From Octopus sinensis (Eukaryota), in assembly GCF_006345805.1 (NCBI RefSeq), contig NC_043005.1:42532001-42596000 (forward strand): DNA of 64,000 nt. The letters run 5' to 3'. Below, piece by piece: positions 12,631 to 26,703 of the stretch; position 1 is the first letter of the stretch; each line of letters opens with the position of its first letter. The notes under the pieces were generated by a model. It was not told the DNA's origin and made no database searches. It worked only from the letters and a program-made list of their open reading frames with translations. The position numbers were made by a program, and so were the translations under genes.

Positions 12631-14620
12631 GAGAGCCAGTTAACATACATAGATGCATGCATACATACATACATACATACATACATACATACATACATGC
12701 ATGCATGCGTGCGTGCATGCATACATACATACATACATACATACATACATACATACATACATACATACATACATACATGCATACATGCATGCAAGCATAC
12801 ATACATACGTACGTACGTACGTGCGTACATACATACATACATACATACATACATACATACATACATACATACATACATACATTTCACGTTGCTCCAGTCC
12901 ACTCAGTTGTAAATGGGTGTCCCTGCGATGAACTGGCATTCCGTTCAGGAGGAATGTTGGTCTACCAGCCTACCCAGTGAAGTGGCATCATTCGTAAGCT
13001 ACAACAATATGAGAAAGCGTATTGTGATCAGCGATAAATAACAACATGTAGTTGTTTGATCTCTCTTTAGTTCATGAGCATTTTCAATTAAAAACCCCAA
13101 ATTCACTAAAACTGCTCGACATTTCAATCGGTGATATCTCCTACCGATTCAAAGCAAAGAAAAATCTACCTCTTGATGCTGGACCTTCTCTTCAGTCAGA
13201 AATTATTTTGGCCCAAATATGCTCAAGTGGGGCTCACATTGACATACTGTACTCACGGTTGGAACTACGCAGGTCTTTTAGATAAGAAAGCAACCTATCC
13301 AGGAAAATCAAGTATGTGATCCAACTGACTGTCACCAATACACTCAAGTCTTTAACCCACAGTTGCCCTGCTTCTTTTCTCTGTCAATTCTCTTTGTTTA
13401 TTACCACCTTCATCGAAGCCCACGCCGTCTTCCATCGACACCCACGCGACTCCTTCATCGACGTCCACGCGACTCCTCCATCGAAGCCCACGCGGCTTCT
13501 CCATCTCCCTTTCTTCGCTCACCCAATCTGATTCTCTCCTTTTAGACCAATGCAAACCACTGTGCTAAATCCTATCTCCACTCCCCACGGTTTCGTTACT
13601 GCCGTTAATTTGCTCGTGTTTGACGCTGAACATCGACCTCAGCAATAATCACAAGTCCCCGAGGGCATTAAAACATCTATTGAGAACCACTTTCATTCCA
13701 ATCACCACATCTATTAATCATCGTTCAGTGAATTGAGCTGTCATCATCTTGCATCTGGGAGTTAACAGCCGGAGAGGCGCCATTTTTCAGTAGATAGAAC
13801 ATATTTTCAACTGAATACACTGAAGTCCATGAAATGGTCATGCCGAAAGATACAATATCTCTCCAAAACCATGAATCGAACATATGAATCTACGATCTTG
13901 AAGGTAATAGTCGAACGACTTGGTGTTCTTTTATTAATATTTTCAATGAGTATTGAGTATTCAATGTGACCTGTTCAGACTTGTACTGCTTCCTGCTCTC
14001 CCTAATCAAAAGGCTGCTACAAGGCTATAAAATAAGTAACAGTCAAGTACTGGAATCAATGTAACCGACTTCTACCTTCCCTCAAAAACTGCTGGTCCCG
14101 TGCCAAAATTTCAAACCATTATAGAAGGTTCATATTTGGTAGAAATATAAACTAATTACTTCAGAAAAATAAAAAAATGTTCAAACTCCAGTGTTAAAAG
14201 AACTTTCCTTAACCACCTCTTAATATTTTTTAAAGAAAAATAATTGAAATAAATTTTATACGTAGAATAATATGTTTAAACTTATACAACTGCTTTCCTC
14301 TTTCCCGATGCTTCAACAATGTGATTTTTTAAGTACATTTTAAAACTGCTTTAATTAGTTAGAATTTAATATTTATATTTGCCATCATTGTAAATCAAAT
14401 ACTTTGGAAAAAAATTTTAAGATCAGACCAGCTGTACCATAATTATTTCTCTAAGTTCCTCTAAACCACAATGCAGTGTAATTAGCGAATGGAAAATAAT
14501 ACTACCATAAAGAGAAACATCAGTCCTGTGAGTTACTTGCGTGATATCCAGGTGCTAGAATATCTACTTCCTATTTCAGGAGTCAGTAATCATTATTGTC
14601 ATCGGCTTCCTTCATAGAGA

Positions 14621-14692
14621 CCCTCGGCAGAATAGTGGTAAGTATCCCCGCCTGTCACGCGGAAGACCGGGGTTCGATTCTCCGCCGGAGAG
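14621..14692 (+). pseudogene. tRNA-Asp(GUC) pseudogene or divergent copy
   Basis: 72 nt colinear with eukaryotic tRNA-Asp, with an intact anticodon arm CCCGCCTGTCACGCGG and TTCGATT T-loop. There are about 9 substitutions versus the recalled canonical sequence, including U8C and acceptor-stem mismatches, and no T4 terminator directly downstream. Confidence 0.85.
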
Positions 14693-14705
14693 CCTCAAAT
14701 ATTTA

Positions 14706-14873
14706 GGCTCAGGCGTGGCTGTATGGTAAGAAGCTTGTTTCCCAACCACATGGTTCCGAATTCAGTCCCCTTGCGTGACACCTAGGGCAAAGTGTCTTCT
14801 ACTATATAGCCTCGAGCCGACTAAAGCCTTGTGAGTGGATTTGGTAGACGGAAACTGAAAGAAGCCTGTCGCG

Positions 14874-14907
<34 letters not shown>

Positions 14908-15074
14908 ATATATAGATGAGAAATTTGAAAAGCTAAACGTGAAACCGGTCATTTCTTCTAAACTATGTCATTGTAAGAAAAAAATGTATAATATTCTTCA
15001 GACATATTGACTCAAATATATATTTTTTAACCTTTTAAAACAAGCCTTCTGTAGTCTTTTCACTTTTTACTATT

Positions 15075-15151
<77 letters not shown>

Positions 15152-15368
15152 TGTGTCTGTGTGTGTGTCCCTCCCACCACCGCTTGACAATCGATGCTGG
15201 TGTGTTTATGTCCCCGTAACCTTAGCGGTTCGGCAAAAAGAGACCGATAGATTAAGTACTAGGCTTACAAAGAATGAATAAGTCCTGGGGTCGATTTGTT
15301 CGACTAAATGCGATGCTCCAGCATGACCGCAGTCAGATGACTGAAACCAATTGAAGAATAAAAGAATA
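14706..15368 (+). mobile_element. SINE family A, split by an AT-rich/(TA)n block (head 14706-14878, tail 15148-15368)
   Basis: Matches both halves of the 17462 copy. Confidence 0.75.
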
Positions 15369-16849
15369 TAACGCCAGCAGTTTAGAGTCACTGCAGGCCT
15401 TATATTTCCAATGCTTCTCTATATATTCACCTGCTTCTTTTTATAATTTCTGGATTAAAATTTATAAATATATTAATATTGCATAGCATGATTTTTTTCC
15501 TAAAATGATGTATTTATTCATTTTATTTGAAGGATTGCTATGTTTTTCTATTTTGTATTTTCTTTTTTTTTTTTTCTCATCATTTTATCTCATTAATTCA
15601 CCATCTGTCCCTCATCTTTTCTTTCTCTATCCCACCCTCCCTATCTATCATTCCCCCTCTCATGATTTACTCAACACTCCAATCACCACCTTTTCACTGC
15701 CTCTCTCTCTCTCTCTTTTGTGTGTGTGTGTGGTGTGTGTGTGTGTGTATGTGTGTGTGTGTGTGTGTGCGTGCGTGTGTGAATCTATAACTATATTTCT
15801 ATGTATTTGAATACAAACCTCTTTGTCTGCCTATGTGTAAGTATATTTGTCAGATAACTAAATTGTAAGACTTAGAGAATCAATTTTCTTTCATTATGCC
15901 TAGAACAATGCACTGCTGTGTTCGATTATTTCGTGTAATCTTCAACAAGAAAGATCACTGATCATTTCTCAGAATCAATATTAATCAGCGGTTGCTACTG
16001 TAATCTTAGGTACAGATTGATGTCATTGTGCTAGTCTGATTACCTAGTTTTAGAAACAGATTTGCAGCTTATCCTATAATCCAATGATTTAGAAAACAAC
16101 ATTCCATTGATTTTTACCGGGCGTGAATACAGTATTATGCGGACTTGACAAGAATTATAACTTCTTAATCCTTGATCCCTTAACCGGATATACATACAAA
16201 GATGGCCCCATCCTAGTACGGTAGGAAGAATCTGTGATACTTATCTGTTTAGCAGTAATAAATTCTCTAGGACAATTACCTACTTGAGGATAAAAGCCAG
16301 TGATTTGGACTATATTATAATCTGATGCTTACGTATATCTTTGCTGATGTTCGGCTCATCAGCCGACCTTAGGTATTTAAGTAGATTTTTTTTTTCCAGT
16401 TAAGTATTCGTATTTATATAGTTTGCACTCTAATAAATCTTGGTGGATGTTTCGCTTTAATAAAATATTTTCAAATGAAATCACGAGATAGCAATACAAG
16501 TAACTCTCTGCTTAACTCAGTTCAGGAGAATTTAACTTAATGATAAATTATTTTGACAGCTGAATGAATTTACCCAACAATATTACTGTGTATAAATTTG
16601 TTTAAAAATGTATAAATTTTAAATTTTGTTTATAATTTTATAATTTTTTATAATCTTTTTTTTTTTTTTTTGATAAGTTTATTTTCATTCCTGTTGGATC
16701 TCACTTATGTGTCCATGACAGGTTTTTTTTTTTTTTTTCAATTTAGTTACAATTATTTTCTCTACTCCCATCCCCGCGACAGAACAATAGTTTTTGCTGA
16801 ACATAAAAAATGCATTCAGTTTGCAGTGCAGGTGATAACTCCTGAAATA

Positions 16850-17363
16850 TTGGGTTGTGCGGAAAGTTTGTGCCGATTCTTAAAGGAAAGTAAAAGGTCA
16901 ATAAATATTTGCCATTACCCAAGCTTTACCAAGTACTCATGAGCGACGGATTATGATAGGTTGAGGCTTTCTGCCAATTCTCGGGTTGTGCAATGTGGGT
17001 TATTTTCAATTAATGATTTGATTTGGTCATCATCAGTAGTGGATGGTCTGCGTGATCACTCTTTATCAATAAGGCTACAATCTCCAGCTCGGAACTTTGT
17101 GAACCACTTCCGTACAGTTCTTTCGGATAAAGAAACATCACCGTAACCTGCGCATATTTCTTTGGTTGCTTGTGAGGCATTTTTAAAGGGTTACAGAATT
17201 AACACAGGTAATAGGAACATAAACCTTCTTCGACGAAAAGATAGCTTAAACTGTGCTCTAAATGGACGTGTAGTCAAATCCCATTTTATGGTCTCAAACA
17301 TGTTCTAAAATAAGTCGAAATGTAAGCTACTATAAATCAGCACGAACTTTCCGGACAACCCAA
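16850..17363 (-). mobile_element. Internally deleted mariner element (514 bp)
   Basis: TIRs TTGGGTTGTGCGGAAAGTTTGTG and CACGAACTTTCCGGACAACCCAA, with TA flanks. The minus strand encodes an N-terminal HTH, SERTVRKWFTKFRAGDCSLIDKE*SRRPS...ENNPHCTTRELAE. Confidence 0.9.
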
Positions 17364-17461
17364 TACTTCAAAATGTGTTTCGCAATGCTAAGGAAAGATT
17401 TGCATTTTGCAGAGATACAGATAAAGCACATTTAGAAAATATTCTATAAAGTTTTGACATA

Positions 17462-17880
17462 GGCGTAGGAGTGGCTGTGTTGTAAGTAGCTTGCTTACGA
17501 ACCACATGGTTCCGGGTTCAGTCCCATTGCGTAGGACCTTGGGCAAGTGTCTTCTACTATAGCCTCGGACCGACCAAAGCCTTGTGAGTGAATTTGGTAG
17601 ACGGAAACTGAAAGAAGCTCGTCGTATATATGTATATATATATATTGCATGTGTGCGTGTGTATGTTTGTGTGTCTGTGTTTGTCCCCCACCCAACATTG
17701 CTTGACAACCGATGCTGGTATGTTTACGTCCCCATAACTTAGCGGTTCGGCAAAAAGAGACCGATTAGAATAAGTACTAGGCTTACAAAGAATAAGTCCT
17801 GGGGTCGATTTGCTCGACTAAAGGCGGTGCTCCAGCATGGCCACAGTCAAATGACTGAAACATGTAAAAGAGTAAAAGAG
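17462..17880 (+). mobile_element. SINE family A, full-length reference copy
   Basis: A-box-like TGGCTGTGTTG, B-box GGTTCAGTCCC, internal (TA)/(TG) tract and (AAAGAGT)n-type tail. Confidence 0.85.
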
Positions 17881-18038
17881 AGAGAGAATAAGGTTTATAA
17901 ATGTATTTCTTCTGGTGTCATAATAAATATAAAATACTGTTTTTTTTTTGTTTTTTTTAATTTTCCCGGGTTCACTGAAATCGATAGTTAAAAATTACTT
18001 CATCTTAAAATTTAAAACAGAAAACTACATTAAGTGCC

Positions 18039-18274
18039 CCATTTCTTTACTACCCACAAGGGGCTAAACACAGAGGGGATAAACAAGGACAGACAAACGG
18101 ATTAAGTCGATTATATCGACCCCAGTGCATAACTGGTACTTAATTTATCGACCCCAAAAGGATGAAAGGCAAAGTCGACCTCGGCGGAATTTGAACTCAG
18201 AACGTAACGGCAGACGAAATACGCCAACGCATTTCGCCCGGCGTGCTAACGTTTCTGCCAGCTCACCGCCTTAT
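18039..18274 (-). mobile_element. SINE family C1 with TSD
   Basis: TSD ATTAAGTGCC at 18029-18038 and 18275-18284. Confidence 0.9.
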
Positions 18275-18533
18275 ATTAAGTGCCGTTTAGTATGATGTTC
18301 TAGCGCGGTGCAATGACATCAGTCTCTCTATCTCTCTAAAAATGTGAACAAAATAATACAGGGTTAAGTCGTTATCATTGCTGCTTTTGTTGTTGATGTT
18401 GTTTTTTCTTGCTCTTGATTAAAGCTGGGGCAACCGTGACATAGCAAAGCTATAATCAAAGATATTGCAGCCTTGGCAATCCCATCAATTATTCATGTAA
18501 ACTGTATCCCGGACTGTATTAGTTAATATACCT

Positions 18534-18760
18534 ATTTCTTTATTACCCACAAGGGGCTAAACACAGAGGGTACAAACAAGGACAGACATAGGCATTAAGT
18601 CGATTACATCGACCCCAGTCCGTAGCTGGTACTTAATTTATCGACCCCGAAAGGATAAAAGGCAAAGTCGACCTTGGCGGAATTTGAACTCACAACGTAA
18701 CGACGGGCGAAATACCACTAAGCATTTCGCCCGGCGTGCTAACGTTTCTGCCAGCTCACC
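18534..18760 (-). mobile_element. SINE family C1
   Basis: Highly similar to 18039-18274. Confidence 0.85.
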
Positions 18761-18939
18761 ATTTCTTCTTTTGAAGGTGGTATGTTTATTGTATAAAAAC
18801 AACTAGGGAGCTATTTCTTGGGAGTCTAAGTAAAGGACCTTTCGTAGGCTCATTATCTTGAACAGCACATTGCTAATTCATTTTAGATAACACTCTTTGG
18901 AGGAAACTCTTTCTTTATCAGAGATACTATACAATGGGA

Positions 18940-19034
18940 CATCTTCTTCTTCTTCTTCTTCTTCTTCTTCTCTTCTTCTTCTTCTTCTTCTTCTTCTTCT
19001 TCTTCTTCTTCTTCTTCTTCTTCTTCTTCTTCTT

Positions 19035-19063
<29 letters not shown>
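18940..19063. repeat. (TTC)n microsatellite
   Basis: Direct inspection. Confidence 0.95.
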
Positions 19064-19065
<2 letters not shown>

Positions 19066-19085
19066 TGACTATTATTACCATTATT

Positions 19086-19800
19086 GAGTGAGAGAGCAGT
19101 GCATGCCTTCAAAGTGACACTGGAGTAAAATACACGAACCTCAGTATATCCATCATGACTGCCCGTCTGATAAGGGTACACCAGGCACATGCATTAAAAC
19201 CATATGTGCGCGACATAGTGATCTCATATTATTATTATTATTATTGAGTGAGAGAGCAGTTCATGCCATCAAAGTGACGCTGGGGTAAAAATATACGAAG
19301 CCCAATATACCCATCATGACTACCCGTCTGATAAGGGTACACCAGACACATGCATCACAACCATATGTGCGCGACATGGTGATCTCGTATCAAGATAAAT
19401 AGCACATGACCTTGCAGGTGGGGCCCAGTTAGAATTTTCTTCAGGTCGAGTAGCCCATCCCGCTCAAAAGGTTCCTGAATAAGGGTTGTTTAAGGATGTT
19501 GAAAGAACCACCCATGTTTCCAGAGGTGAATTATTCAAACCCCAAAGAATCCCTCTCAACACATGGCTATGATGCTCCCCCACTACTTCTGCTCGTGATC
19601 AGAGATGCACATATCGTCAGCCACTAAAGGACATGCTCAACTGGTTAAGGTCAAACAACTGACAAGCAAATCTGTGGTATTGAGCAGAATATTTGCTGTA
19701 GCCCATCTTTTATACCAAGACAAAACAATGTACATGATAACACTTCCAATCAGTTAAGATAAGAAGCCATGAGAGCCACTGCCTGGTACTGCATCAGGGC

Positions 19801-19803
<3 letters not shown>
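19086..19803 (-). mobile_element. (AAT)n-embedded non-coding retroposon (family D): long copy 19246-19803 plus 5'-truncated copy 19086-19228
   Basis: Shared 3' end ...GCACTGCTCTCTCACTC(AAT)n, different 5' ends, and (TTA)n between and around the copies. Confidence 0.8.
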
Positions 19804-19847
<44 letters not shown>

Positions 19848-19848
<1 letters not shown>

Positions 19849-20281
19849 GGCGAGGGGCTAGCAGAATTGTTAGCACATCGTGAAAAATGCTTAGCGACAT
19901 TTCGTCCGTCTGACCTTTCTGGGTTAAATTCCGCCGAATTTAACTTTGCCATTCATCTTTTCGAGGTCGCTAAAATAAATACCAGTCGAGCACTGGAATC
20001 GATGTAATCTCATCGATTACTCAGGTAAATTTTATATTTCCCCCGAAATTGCTGGCCTTATTAAAGCAGCAAGCTGGCAGAATCGTAACCAGTCAAAATG
20101 CTTAGTGGCATTTTTTTCTGACGTTATGTTCTGAGTTCAAATACCTCCGAAGTCGACTTGGCCTTTCTTTCTGATGGGGTCGATAAGACAAGTAAACAAT
20201 TGAGCACCAGGATCGATGTAATCGATTGACCCACTTCCTTCAAAGTTTCAGGCCTTGTGCCTATAGCAGAAAGGACTATTG
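19848..20281 (+). mobile_element. Two degenerate SINE C copies
   Basis: Heads at ~19848 and ~20064, and a C2 tail (TTTCAGGCCTTGTGCCTATAGCAGAAAGG). Confidence 0.7.
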
Positions 20282-21493
20282 TTATTACAGGACTAATCAC
20301 ACCAACAAACTATCTTTTACATTTTCACGTGTACGTGCGCGCGCGCCGTTTGAGTGTGCATTGGAAGACCTTTGATGATCTGTTTCACTCACAGCTGGTC
20401 TGCGACTAAATATCAACAATACTGACAACCATACACTTAGTCGATTCTCACACACGTGTATATGTGTGTGTCTGCATGCGTGAGTTTGATAGGTTTCAAA
20501 TTTAGGCATACGGTCAGCAAGATTAGGGGAGGGTTAAGTCGATTAGATCGACTCAGGTGTGCAACTAGTACTTATTTTATCGACCCCGAAAGTATGAAAA
20601 GTATTTTGTCTGGCGCGGTAACGATTCTGCCACCTCGCCACCTTGAATTCAGATATATATATATATATATATATGTCTATAGGGCGAGAATTCACAAAAA
20701 AGACGAAGAGAAGTGGTGTAGACAAAAAACAGATGTATTAGTATAACGCTCGGAAGTGAAAAAGTCTTTAATATTTTGAGCCTACGCTCTTTCACAGAAA
20801 GGAACACAGAAAGAAACAAAGGAAGGAAATAAAGAATGTGTAGTGGCTAGCGATCTGTCATGGCGAATGCCGGTGCATGCATGAGTATGTGTCTGAGAGA
20901 AAGAGAAAGAGAGAGAAAGTGTGTGTGTGTGTGTGACTGTGTGTACCGATAAATCCTGAGGTTACCCATTCAGAGGGCCATGAGGAAACGACTTCAATTA
21001 TAAACCCGAATACGTTATACTTTACGAGGATGAGAACAGTGTACATAACTGAAAGCTTTGTTTTGTTAAAGAACACTCAGGCAACATCAGATCTACAGAA
21101 GTACTAACCTTTACAGAGAAAGTGCATTATTGCTTATGATAAATTTTAAAGGAAGGTAATAGTGCTGATAGAGAAGTCGTTGAAACTGAATAAAAATTAG
21201 AATAAAATTATAAAAATAGGTTAGACATAAAGATTTGTATAATGATAAACAATACAAAGATATTCTATGTAAGAATTTACTGCTTACGTAGAAACTGGTG
21301 AAGGAAAACCGGTAAGTGACGAAAGACACCGAAATTTTGAGAAACCTTTTTATGAATTTTATCTATTATTTTATTTATATTATTATTTGCAAACATTCAT
21401 GCATACACACTCGCGGGTACATACAGACAGATGTAAACCTATATGTATGTAATTATGCATTATATGTTTCTGCGTGTGTGTGGATCATATACT

Positions 21494-21584
<91 letters not shown>

Positions 21585-23462
21585 CATACATACATACATA
21601 CAACATACATACATACAACATATACACACACACACACACACTTGTGCCTGTATACTAAATATATGTGTGTTATGTTCTTTAGTGACATTACCAAGTTGCA
21701 ACATATTCTAAATCACAGCTGAGAAAGATTAACCCATATTTTGGCAGACGACACATTTCAAATATTCCAAACATCCTCATCATAGGAGGTAATATTACAT
21801 AGCATTTAAAATGATGTCTGAAAGTTCAAAAGTCAATGTGAGTGAATAGAATGATAGAAAAAGAAAGGTGATAATAGGAACAATGGAAAATGGCAAATAT
21901 TGTGTGTATTTGTGTGTGTGTGTGTGTATGAGGGTAAGTGTATATGAGGGAGAGAGGGGACAAGAGAGAGAGAGAGAGAGAGGTGTGACGGAAACGTGGA
22001 AACGATGGTTGAAAAGAAAGGCACAAAGACATTAAGAGAAGAGGAGAAAGTCTGAATGGAAGGAAAGGAAAAGATAAGGTGAAACTGTTATTGTATAAAA
22101 TGGTTATGGTAATTGGCGTGAAAGTGTAAAGAATGAAGAGAAAGAATGGCAAAAGAAAGGAAAGATAAAAAGGAAAAAGGAAAACATGGAAAACTGATGA
22201 ATCAAATAGACGAATGAGAATAAAGGAGACATGTTTGTGTTTGGGGCAGTTAGGTGTTCAGTCGTGACTAGTGATTAATTACACATAAGAATCGTATAAA
22301 ATCTTTGATGGACCGCTGAAACCTGCAGTTTATACCAATTTTGAAACCTTCAAGTTGGCAGACTTCTTACGTTTTTAATTTCCTCGTTAGAAAATTCTAG
22401 ATTTACGAGGAGTGAAATCAAATGAAATTTATCTGTAACAATTTGAGTTTCAGGACTGTGAAACACGAAATGTTTTACTGTTTTATTATTTCTAAATATC
22501 TCAAATGTTTGAGAAATCAAGTTATGACTCTTTTTGGCTTTCACATTCTTTTGCTTGCTTTTTCTGCTCTTTTATAAATTTTAGCAATTGCATCTTTGAT
22601 TGTTTTAAGACAGTTAATTAATCTCTGGTGGTTTCTGTGATTCTTCACTTCATGGTAATTGAAATAAATGAAGCCAGTCAATAGATGTGCAGAGTTAACT
22701 TATTTAAGGTTCGGAGAAGAGCCGTTTATAATAGCTATGGAGTTTGTATACTTAGACTTAGTTAAATACCAGAAGCTAAATTACTTATTATAATACTTGT
22801 CTTTAAGAGAATGACAGTTAGTTGAACGAAGAAGCATCATTATATTAATGGATATTTATTTTCTTCACAAATAACAGAAACCATTCACCTCAGAAGAATT
22901 CAGAGATATTAAGCACCTAATTACATGATTCGTTGGTATGTATCTATATATGTATAGATATGTGTGCGTGAGTTGCATATCATGTCTGTGGGTACATATA
23001 TAAATGTTTATATACATAATAAGTTGGACTTATTGTAGTATCTTAATGTGACTGTTCACAGATTCCATACCCATGACCGGTTATGTAAGTCACTTGCAAA
23101 TTATAATTATTACGTAAATCTTGGCTTCCCGAAACAGCTGTCGAAGTAAGAGATTACGTATTTTCTTTTTATATTTTATATAGTATTTATTGCTTTCCAT
23201 GTATATGTGTGTGCATGTACGTGTGTATTTTTGTATATATATACTGTGTTTATCTACATTACTACCCCTCTCTTCACCTCTCTCCTCCTCTCTCTCTCAC
23301 TCTCTCTTTCTTCCTCTCTCCTCTCTCTTTCTCGTTCTCTCTCTCTCTCTCTATTTGTACATTTATATATGTATATCTATCTATCTATCTATCTATATCT
23401 ATATTTCTCTCTCCTCCTCTCTCTCTCTCTCTCTCTGTATTATATATATATATATATTATAT

Positions 23463-23494
<32 letters not shown>

Positions 23495-23499
23495 ATATA

Positions 23500-23672
23500 A
23501 AATACAAAAATGGGACAAAAGAACGCAAAACATCCAGACAGTTAGGTGATACAAAAAAGGACAGCAAATCATCCAGACAGACGATTCAAAGAAAACAACG
23601 ACGGGTCATTCAGAGTTTTCTTTCCTCAGTCGAGTTCCAGATTATTCTTGCAATTTCGGCTGCGGTGTACGT
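23500..23672 (-). repeat. Interspersed repeat related to the 59.0 and 61.0 kb copies, abutting (TA)n
   Basis: Reverse complement CAGCCGAAATTGCAAGAATAATCTGG...GAATGACCCGTC aligns with CAGCCGAAATTGCGAGGATGATCCGG...GAATGTCCCGTC. Confidence 0.65.
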
Positions 23673-23680
23673 ACACTTTG

Positions 23681-23783
<103 letters not shown>

Positions 23784-23800
23784 GTTTGTCTGTCTGCCTG

Positions 23801-23843
<43 letters not shown>

Positions 23844-24200
23844 GATTAAATACATATGCATATAATTAATTATGTGTTTAAATACCAACAACTTATGACA
23901 GCACCAACTACTATATATTGTTTTGTCAAAACAAATAAGTGATTTACTTTAACGGTGACTGAGGTGGTGAACACACATTCATAGATGACACACGAGGTAA
24001 CTTTTGGCAAGTATAAGTTTAATACTCTAATCTTGTATTATATTAGAAATATAATCTTGCCATCATTTTAATTCACATTGAAATAGTTATATCACTATCT
24101 ACTGGGTCGTGATCCACCCTTATCGAGAAAATATTTTTGTTTTAATGAACAAAAGTTATGCTTTTTAGATTCGTGTTTGTCTATTGTGTGTGTGTGCATG

Positions 24201-24242
<42 letters not shown>

Positions 24243-25775
24243 TGTGTGTGTGTGTGTGCGCGCGCATGTATGTGTGTGCGCGCGCGTATGTGTATTCAGA
24301 AACTGTTATGCTCGAAGCCTGAAATTTCATTGAAGTAACTAAGAAAAATAATACCAGCAGCACAAAAGGAGAAGCGAATTTTCTTTAGTCAGAACCCGTT
24401 CCAGATGTAAGGATGTAAAGATGAAAAATAAATTGATGAAATTATAGAAATGAAGCTAAAAATGGATAAAAGGAAATGCACATTGAATTATTAAAGATTT
24501 TATTTTAATCAGTTAATTTCACATTGGCATATTTCTACGCAACAACTCTCCATCATTATGCGCTATGTATTACAGGCTTCGAAATCTACAAATCTCACAT
24601 TGATAGTTACTATAAAACACTGAATTTCCATTCTTTTCCATTCTTTTCCTTGGGCTGTATTTTGTTGTAAACATATCCAATGCATGTGTTTTGCTTGTTC
24701 ACCGGTTTGCTGCTGCACAGCGCTTTGAGGATGACTCCCTCATAACACTGGGTGTCAAAATACCTGGAAGTCATAGACAGACAATACAATTGCCTCCAAT
24801 CCCATTTAGGAGTGATGGATACCGATATTTCGCCATTTTTGTGGCTTATCAACATCACGGAAAAGAACGGAACCGGTGCAAACTCAAGATTAAATTCAGT
24901 TACGAATTAAAAGCAGAACTAATGTTCTAAACATTATCGAGCGCACATACTGAACGTATGCGTTTTGATCGTTCGCCGGTTTGTTGCACATAGCGTTTTA
25001 GGGCGACTCATGATCATGCACCCACACACACGCACATACACATAAACACACATATGTAAGTACTTATTTATCTTTCTAGCATGGATATCAATCGGTGAAA
25101 TAAACTAGGAGCCCAACATTCTCACCCTAGTCCTAAACTGATTCATTCATCATTTCCAGAGTCTATATGTCCTCGCTCAAATATGAACTATACTAGACTA
25201 GTAGGACTCTTTCTCTGTCGATTAAAGTTAACGTTCATTTCAGTGCTGAGCGAACAAAACTATAACCAAATGCATGAAATCTATGAGCACCTCGTGGGGT
25301 ATTTTGAAGAACAATGTTTCCAGTTTTAAAAGAATTATGGGTGTATTTTGAGACATATTTTGTTCTGTTCTCAGAAAGTCGACTGACTGCGTTCAGTAGT
25401 TGTTTCCAAGACAATAGTTGAAAGCCGTGATGTTTATTCTGCAGATAAATCTGCTTAATCGCGTCTATAGAGTTTAAGATAGAAAAAAAGAGTATTTCAA
25501 CAAACATGAGCGGATAGTGAGCCATGCACTTAATGCAGCCATCATGCAAGCTTAAAAATGAGATCCCACCGTAGGTTGTTATTTGCATTGGGGAAGTACA
25601 GCTGTTCCACTGACGTAACAATAGACCAGTCGGAATACAATTAAAATACTCGTCGTTTCCTCATGAGTAGACACTGAATGCAAAGTAATTAACGTCTGCA
25701 TGTGAACAAGTGTATGTATGTATGTATGTGTATTTTTGTAGGTGCGCGTGTATTCGTGCTTCTGCGTGACTGTTT

Positions 25776-25806
<31 letters not shown>

Positions 25807-26619
25807 TATGTATATGTGCTTGTATGTGAGTGCACATGTGTATATTTCATTGCACATGTGAGAGTGTATTTCATTGAGGGGTGTGTATGTGTGTGTGAGA
25901 GTATGTGATTATGTGTTTGAGAGTATGGGTATGATTGTGTACGTGTATGTGAGAGAGAGAGAGACTGTGTATGTTTGCGGTAGTGCTTATGAGTATACGT
26001 GATAATGTGTATGTGAGCGTATGGGTATGATTGTGTACGTGTATGTGAGAATGAGAGAGAGACTGTGTATGTTTGCGGTAGTGCTTATGAGTATACGTGA
26101 TAATGTGTGTGAGCGTATGCGCATGCGTGTATTTATGGTTGTGCGCATGTGTGTAGTTTTGCGTTAACATTTAATTGAGTGTTTGTTTTTTGTATGTATG
26201 TATGTATGTGTTGATTGAACGTGAGTTTATATGAGTGACTGTATGTATTTAATTATCCGCGTCTGTGTATCTCAATGTGTATGTGAGTGTGTGTGTGTGT
26301 GAGTGTGTGTGTGTGTGTCATTGCGCGTGTGTGTATGTGTGTGTGAATGTACGTATTTTCTTGAGTGTGAGATTGTATTATGTTATTGTATGGGTTTATA
26401 ACTGTTTAAGTGTATGTGTGTGCTGGTACGTGTGAGTGAGTGTATGTGAATGTGCGTAGACGTTAATGTGGCTGCATGCATTTTATTGTGTGCGCGCGTG
26501 TATTCATATGATCGTACGTATATGTACATGCATGTGGGTGCATGTGTGTGTATGAGTCTGGGTGGATGTATTTCACAGTGTGTCTGTGCGTGCTCGAGCA
26601 CGCGCGTGTATGTTTGTGT

Positions 26620-26620
26620 A

Positions 26621-26700
<80 letters not shown>
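26620..26700. repeat. (TG)n microsatellite
   Basis: Direct inspection. Confidence 0.95.

Positions 26701-26703
<3 letters not shown>

Noticed and set aside
19740-19803. HDV-like ribozyme at the 5' end of family D
   Set aside because: I could not assemble P1/P1.1/P2/P3 by eye; it needs a descriptor search.
20765-20798. Minus-strand CTGTGAA-AGAGCgtagGCTC-AAAA-TAT-TA hammerhead-like motif
   Set aside because: The layout is right but several core positions are mutated. It is probably a dead PLE-type motif and is not called as ncRNA.
24610-25621. ORFs at 24610-24930 and 25235-25621 as host exons
   Set aside because: No recognisable homology, stops in the flanking frames and inconsistent splice signals.
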